A stretch of 59,113 bases of DNA, counting the filler, from Stramenopiles sp. TOSAG23-3 (lineage: Eukaryota), in assembly GCA_900128585.1 (NCBI GenBank). It is 6 parts of 6 records of this genome, joined end to end, with 100 filler letters (N's around TTAATTAATTAA, not from the genome) between each part and the next. Parts side by side here need not be neighbours in the genome. Positions count along the whole stretch, not along the records: positions 53,246 to 55,135 come from LT645278.1; positions 55,236 to 57,124 come from LT645279.1; positions 57,225 to 59,113 come from LT645280.1; 3 more parts are not named here. One strand, written 5' to 3'. A model generated the notes under the pieces. It saw only the letters and a list, made by a program, of their open reading frames with translations, was not told the origin of the DNA and ran no database searches. Of the stretch, positions 53,246-59,113 are shown one piece after another; positions within the stretch are counted from its first letter, which is position 1, and every line of letters starts with the position of its first letter. The translations under genes were made by a program, and so were the position numbers.

Positions 53246-55135
53246 CAAAACTTGAAACTGAACGAGCTCGTCGTTCTGACGAAGATGGACGATTTGGACG
53301 TCACTGGTGAGGATGTCGAGGAGGGCGACGACGAGCCCAAGCACAAGACCGCGAAAGAGCTCCTTGGGGAAGTGTCGGTGGACCCTGCCAAGATCGCGGA
53401 GGAGGAGGAGAAAGTCCGAGTCCTGGACCTAGAAACCGATGTGGACAAAGTGGCCGGGGGGATGACCACCATCATGACCGGCGTTGACTACAAATTGTTC
53501 GTTTACACGCCGAACAAGCTGGTCCGCGACTTTATTTTCTTCTTATGTTTCATGATTGCCATGAACGTGACCCTATTTTACCGCCGCGACGTCGATCACT
53601 CCTACTGGCTGGGGTACGTGGGCCGCCACAAGCTGGTCAACACCGGCTTCCTGTACCCTCATAATGAGGAGCTGCCGGAGTTGGACCTCACTGGAAAGTG
53701 GACCGGGCAGTACAAAACCTCCGTGCGCTTCGAGAAGCTCCAGTACGAAGAGATCGCCAACGCGGACCATATTTGGAACTGGCTCGAAGGGCCGATGTAC
53801 GAACTGCTCCACCCGAACAAGACGGGGCACATCGTCGGGGGCAACACGCAGATCGTGGGGAAAATCAGGCTGCGGCAGGTCCGGGTCAAGGCCGACGCGG
53901 GGTGCAAGATCAACCCGTTGGCAGAAAACTATGTGTCGCACTGCTACGCCTCCTTTCAGGAATCGACGCAGTCGGTCGACTCGTTCCATGACCACAAGTC
54001 CCCTGGGTTCACGTGGATACAGGGCAGCGATCTGGCCGGCGCCGGTAACAGCCACGATGGGTACTTTGCGTCATACACCCCGTCCGGGTTCGTGTACGAC
54101 GTGACCCCGTCCCAGGCCGCGTGGCCGGGCGCCATCGCTTCGCTGAAGAAGGGGCTCTGGATAGACCACCAGACACGCCTAATAGAGGTTAGCTACAACG
54201 TGTTCAACCCGAACTACAACGTGTACGCCACGGCAAACTACTGGATCGAAGTGTCCAGCTCAGGAAGGATGCACTCGACGTACAGAATTCGCCCCTACGT
54301 GCTGGACCTCTGTTTCGCGTGCGACGGCTGGTGGTTCGCGGAAATCTCCACGTACGCCCTGAGCATCTTCTTGTTCGCGGCTGAATTTTATGAGATCTAC
54401 TTTTTCTTCAAGGTGAAGCAGCCGACGAGACTTTTCTGTCGCCACCCTTGGCACGCCCACCATTTGCTGGTGTTTGCGTTCCTCTTTGCGTCTGTGATTT
54501 CAAGAATTTACATGTACAACCTGGCCGGGACCTACCTGGAGCTTATCTGGTCCGACGAAATGAAGGAGAACTACGTCGACGTGCAACGGTACGCGTACTT
54601 GTACGAACTCACCTTCGCGTTCGAGGCCCTCGTCATTTTTTTCGCAGCCTTTAGAATTTTCAAGTTCATGGGTCATTTTCGAACGTTCGACCAGTTCACA
54701 AAAGTTTTCGTACAAGCAGGCCTGGAGATTATGTTCTTCACCGTCCTGTTTTCCACGACGTTTTTTGGCTTTGCCGTCCTGGCCCACAACATATATGGGA
54801 GCTCCATCGTATCCTACAATACCATCATGGCAAGCATCAAGGCTTTGCTGAAAATGACGGTCGGGATAATAGACTACGAAGAAATGCGGCTGGTGGACCC
54901 GGTGTGGACCCCGGTATTCTTCGCGTGCTACATTGTTTTCATTGGGATGATTCTGATAAACGTCTTCCTCGCCATTCTGAATACGTCGTACACGGAAGTG
55001 CGCACAGAAATAAACGCAGAAGAGCGACGGTTGAAGCAGTTGAAAGCCCTGCGCCCTGAGAAGGACAAGCATGACTACAAACTGAAAGACAACCTTCTCG
55101 AAATATTGGACCTTCGAAAAACGTTCAATGCTGCC
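53246..55135 (+). CDS. Polycystin/TRPP (PKD2-type) cation channel, partial at both ends
   Basis: S1, TOP domain (IWNWL, GKIRLRQVRV, WIDHQTR, FNPNYN), S2-S5, pore helix (LLKMTVG), S6 (LINVFLAILNTSY). The ORF spans the whole contig. Confidence 0.92.
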
Positions 55136-55235
55136 NNNNNNNNNNNNNNNNNNNNNNNNNNNNNNNNNNNNNNNNNNNNTTAATTAATTAANNNNNNNNN
55201 NNNNNNNNNNNNNNNNNNNNNNNNNNNNNNNNNNN
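55136..55235. other. Artificial contig-joining linker
   Basis: N44-TTAATTAATTAA-N44. Confidence 0.98.
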
Positions 55236-55472
55236 AAACGTTGTGTATTTCTTTTGGGCAGACGGAGCACGTACTGTTTAAGTATATATCCATACCTATA
55301 TAAACCAATCCTAAAACCACATCGAGAAATCCTAAAGCGGCGGAGCCGAAGAAAAAGCAGATGATTTTTTAGATGACCTCGGGACACAAAATCAAAAAGA
55401 CAAGTACAATATTATTTGTGTAGTGCTAGTAATTAATTCCTTAATTTTACATTAGAATCTTATGAATAACGA

Positions 55473-56627
55473 TCAGGTGGTGAACTTTGTAATTTTGGAC
55501 GGGCAATCTCTTCGCATTTCCCACAGAGGTACGTGGTCAAACTGCAAACCATCCAACCACGATCCCTCAGCAACTGACAATATCTGACCTGTAGTGGTGG
55601 ACTTTATTTCTCCGCGTACGTGATCGGAAACGGTGCGGCTTTGGAAGAGACTTTCAACGCCAGTTTTCAGGTAAGGGTTAAATTTCAAGACACATTCCAG
55701 TTTATTTTCGGAATCAAAAAACTTCATCTCTCCAATCAGCTCCGTTATGCGATCCCCCCACATGACTCCAGCCATCGATACTGTCGGCAAGGTGTAGCAG
55801 ATACTGCTGCCGTCGCTGAATTCCACTTTAGTAAGCCCTTGCCAATTTGTTTCTATCGTATTGCCCTTGAATAAAGTCACCATTTCCCAAGTTCTGGATT
55901 AAATTTAAATGTGAAAGAAAAGACAAGAATTTAGAAATGTTAGTTCATCGTTTCAGAAAAATCCATGCCAACAAAAAAAACGTTTTACTTACCCAGAAAC
56001 CCGCCATCCCGAACTCGTCTTATTTTCTAGCAACGCATCGTCGCTGTTATCTGTACCTACATAGCTGCCTGCGCCTTCTGAAAGATATCCTTCTTCGTCG
56101 CTTTGTTCGGTGTCGTTCCCGCTACTAAAATTATAATCCACTTTCCGGTTCTTCTCGAAGATAGATTTAGCTCCGCAAGCATCGAATGAGACTTTTGTTG
56201 GCTGCTTACCAATCAATTTGATGTCAATCCTGGAGCCATTTTCCATTTCACCTGAGAAAACATCACCGGTATCTGGTATGTAGGGGCGCGACTGCCTTGC
56301 ATTTGTATGCAGCCCTGCTATCGCAAATGCCATGACGTACTTGAAGCGTTGTAGGGGCATGCTGGATTTTTTGGCGTCTTCCAAAAAGTTTGGTGCGTAA
56401 ACAAAGTTATCGGAGCACGCCTCTAAAACCGATCTGTCTTCCACCGACAGCATCGCCGTCGCCATCGCGTCTGCGGGGTTTCCATCTATACTGCCCGTTA
56501 TTGCGTCGGATAACACATCGACTAACAGCCGCCGGGTCCCGTGAGCTTTTTTTCGAGACGAGTCGAGTTTTTCATGTTGTATACCCTTGAAAAAGGATGA
56601 ATAAGGAAAGCTGATGAAAGTACTCAT
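55473..56627 (-). CDS. Oxysterol-binding protein-related (ORD) gene, two exons, intron 55894-55992
   Basis: GG|GTAAGT donor, CTAAC branch-like motif and CCAG| acceptor join the exons in frame (WRVSGTWEMVTLFKGN). ORD-like YAPNFLE..PLQRFKYVMAFAIAGLH and VEFSDG..GVMWGDR are present. The 5' end is uncertain. Confidence 0.8.
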
Positions 56628-57124
56628 CTTGTCTTCTCCTTATTGAAAACTAAAAGTAGAGACCAGACTGATACAACACAGAGAGTAGTATAAGAGCAGT
56701 CTTTTAGGGTGAAAATGTTTCGTTTATTTGTTGCGTTTTTACTAGGTTTTGCGGTGAAAACCTTGTTGTGTGGGTTCGCAGGAACATCAGTATTTGTCGA
56801 AAAGGAGGTAAGCCCCAGACGTTCTAGGAAAGTGGTTTTCGTGACTCTAACTGCCCATGTGATATCAGTATGCGGGAAAACCTGACGTCGCTGTCGGCAG
56901 CTCAGCCTCCTGCAAAACCTAGCTCTATAAAGGTGGTAAATCACATTGCGGTTGCACAAACGCCCCAGTTATCCCATACAACACCAGCGAGGGTCCAATC
57001 ACCAAGATTAAACGGTACAACACCAGCGTCTCACCCGCACCCAAAAAGACGTGGTGCGGAGAAAGCAATCATTGTAAAGGAAACGCACCATGACGAGTTG
57101 AGTTTATCGCGTGCCCATCGGCTC

Positions 57125-57224
57125 NNNNNNNNNNNNNNNNNNNNNNNNNNNNNNNNNNNNNNNNNNNNTTAATTAATTAANNNNNNNNNNNNNNNNNNNN
57201 NNNNNNNNNNNNNNNNNNNNNNNN
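57125..57224. other. Artificial contig-joining linker
   Basis: N44-TTAATTAATTAA-N44. Confidence 0.98.
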
Positions 57225-57300
57225 CTTCTTCTTCTTCTTCTTCTTCTTCTTCTTCTTCTTCTTCTTCTTCTTCTTCTTCTTCTTCTTCTTCTTCTTCTTC
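57225..57300. repeat. (CTT)n microsatellite at contig start
   Basis: Seen directly. Confidence 0.95.
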
Positions 57301-57622
57301 GTAAATATTTTTTTTCCTAATTCTTCGTATTAAATTTTTCCTATGGTATTTCCATTTAAATTTGTTTGCTTCTTTGTTTCTTACTTCAACAAAAAAAATG
57401 GAAACAATCAACAAGGACGGAATGCCAGTGTAATATATATTCCATAATATTACAGCCGGGGCAGGAGCAATCGTAACTGTTGCACCATTCTCTGTTCAAA
57501 TACTCGGCGAACACATACGCGTTTTATTGGAAAGTTGTACTCGTATTGGAAGACCCTCCAAGGTGCAATACAAAAGGGATACCTCTCTCTGCCCAACCTC
57601 CTGTGCTCTGCCCGACTGCCGG

Positions 57623-58714
57623 ATGTTCCGTCGTTTCTTTGTCTCTTCCGTGATATCGAACCAGAACACCGTCCTTAAAAATCGTTTCGTATCCCCCACC
57701 CTCCACCTTGCAAAGCAAACGCAGAAAGGCTTCATGGCGACAATGGCGCAATCGGAAAATACTGGTGCGAAACCGATGTCAGATTACGAAAAATTTATCT
57801 TTGACTTGAATGGCTACATCATATTGAGAAACGTTCTTTCCGCGGAGGAAGTAGAGTCGATGAACAAAGCAGTTGACTGCCACAAGGACGAAGTGCGCGC
57901 GCGGACAGAGGCGGCCTTGAAAAATACGAAATCGAACACATCGCTGTCCGCTTCGGGAAGCAGACAAGATTTAGGGGGAATGCTAGGGTGGGAATCGCCA
58001 CACGGGGACATGTTTCGCCGGCTGTTAGCTCACCCAAAAGTATCCCCGTACTTGGTAGCCCTGTGCGGGGAGGGGTACCGCTTGGACCACCAACCTTTGG
58101 TGCTGCTGCAAAATAAAAACTCGGAGGGCTTCTCATTGCACGGCGGTCCATTGTCTGGGCACGACGGCGTGCCAGAAGGCCGGTTTAACCCAGAACTCCA
58201 GTACCACTGCCGCAATGGGTCCATTTGGAATTCTCTGCTCGCAATGGAAGTGTGCTTGAGCGATGCGGGCGAAGGGGATGGAGGCTTCTGCGTGGTGAAA
58301 GGGTCCCATAAATTGAATTTCTCCGTCCCGACGGCCTTTGCGAACGGACAAGTGGAAGGATTCGAGGAGCACGTTCACCAGCCCGCTGTCAAGGCCGGAG
58401 ACATTGTTTTCTTTTCCGAAGCGACCGTCCATGGAGCCATGGCTTGGAAAGCCGACCACGAGCGGCGCCTTGCCCTGTACCGCTTTTCCCCATCTAATTT
58501 TGCATACGGCCGGGCTTACCTGAACCAATTTGGGGATAACGTGATAAACCAATGCACGCCGCAGCAGGCCGCCGTGCTTGCACCGCCGTACGCGGTTCGC
58601 TTACAACGGCCATGCGTCACTGAAGAGGGGGAGAACGGTGAGCTAAAACAATACAAACGATCGCCTGAAAAGATGGCCCATGATATTGCTGTCTTCGGAA
58701 GCGAATACTTTTGA
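57623..58714 (+). CDS. PhyH-family Fe(II)/2-oxoglutarate enzyme with mitochondrial-type presequence
   Basis: FDLNGYIILRNVLS, LHGG, GDGGFCVVKGSHK, KAGDIVFFSEATVHG, ERR; first ATG at 57623 (MFRRFFVSS). Confidence 0.9.
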   Translation: MFRRFFVSSVISNQNTVLKNRFVSPTLHLAKQTQKGFMATMAQSENTGAKPMSDYEKFIFDLNGYIILRNVLSAEEVESMNKAVDCHKDEVRARTEAALKNTKSNTSLSASGSRQDLGGMLGWESPHGDMFRRLLAHPKVSPYLVALCGEGYRLDHQPLVLLQNKNSEGFSLHGGPLSGHDGVPEGRFNPELQYHCRNGSIWNSLLAMEVCLSDAGEGDGGFCVVKGSHKLNFSVPTAFANGQVEGFEEHVHQPAVKAGDIVFFSEATVHGAMAWKADHERRLALYRFSPSNFAYGRAYLNQFGDNVINQCTPQQAAVLAPPYAVRLQRPCVTEEGENGELKQYKRSPEKMAHDIAVFGSEYF

Positions 58715-59036
58715 TGGGGAAAACATTATTGTTACATTCTTTTTTTCTTACGATCGTTTTTCATATTTTTTTAAATTCTACAATCAATACAACGAAGTAA
58801 AAATAAATAGGCAATTATATAAACTTGTGTAAAAAGAGATATACTTATAATAATAATATTATTACGAATATATCCTTTGATTACTATACACAGGATTATA
58901 TCCAAATTCTATTCGTTCGATGTTCGTATGTACGTATCACACACCATTGAAATTAATCAACAAAGTCAGACGGACTCCCAAAATTTTAGATAAGGTATTG
59001 GTTTAGTAGTATTATTATTTAAACAAACATATTTAT

Positions 59037-59113
59037 GAAGAAGAAGAAGAAGAAGAAGAAGAAGAAGAAGAAGAAGAAGAAGAAGAAGAAGAAGAAGAAG
59101 AAGAAGAAGAAGA
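59037..59113. repeat. (GAA)n microsatellite at contig end
   Basis: Seen directly. Confidence 0.95.

Noticed and set aside
31376-55135. Polycystin gene cluster (two TRPP genes in one window)
   Set aside because: They are on different contigs joined artificially, so proximity is not evidence.
56624-57124. Short ORFs at 56624-56959 (-) and 56870-57124 (+)
   Set aside because: No recognisable motif and cut by the contig end; the coding strand cannot be decided.
1-59113. Alternative genetic code
   Set aside because: Conserved genes (NFS1, PSMB5, GPN3, CCDC25) are uninterrupted in the standard code and end at TAA, TAG or TGA at expected positions.

Overview
Gene-dense eukaryotic nuclear DNA with GC-richer, almost intron-free CDSs separated by very AT-rich spacers carrying (GAA)n and poly-A tracts. 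The gene content (PG-rich axonemal repeat protein, polycystins, giant multi-EF-hand protein) suggests a flagellated protist, possibly a stramenopile, but this is inference. The window is not one locus. It is six assembly pieces (17664, 17661, 17620, 1890, 1889 and 1889 bp) joined by artificial 100-bp N44-TTAATTAATTAA-N44 linkers. Recognisable genes are makorin, EIF1AD, GPN3, PAM18/TIM14, NFS1, a CLC transporter, DPM2, proteasome beta5, CCDC25, an F-box/SMI1-KNR4 protein, a PKD2-type channel, an OSBP-related protein and a PhyH dioxygenase. The most striking observation is a scrambled locus at 29508-34888. Excising a 1407-bp polycystin fragment and inverting 32781-34135, both at CA/TG dinucleotides, rejoins two broken genes exactly in frame. 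Other candidates are a RAMA-domain protein with a histone-H1-like tail, a PhyH enzyme with a halogenase-like HxG motif, a multi-hairpin RNA-like element, a dispersed repeat at gene 3' ends, GGTAC clusters upstream of genes, and a protein with a ~63-aa repeat.
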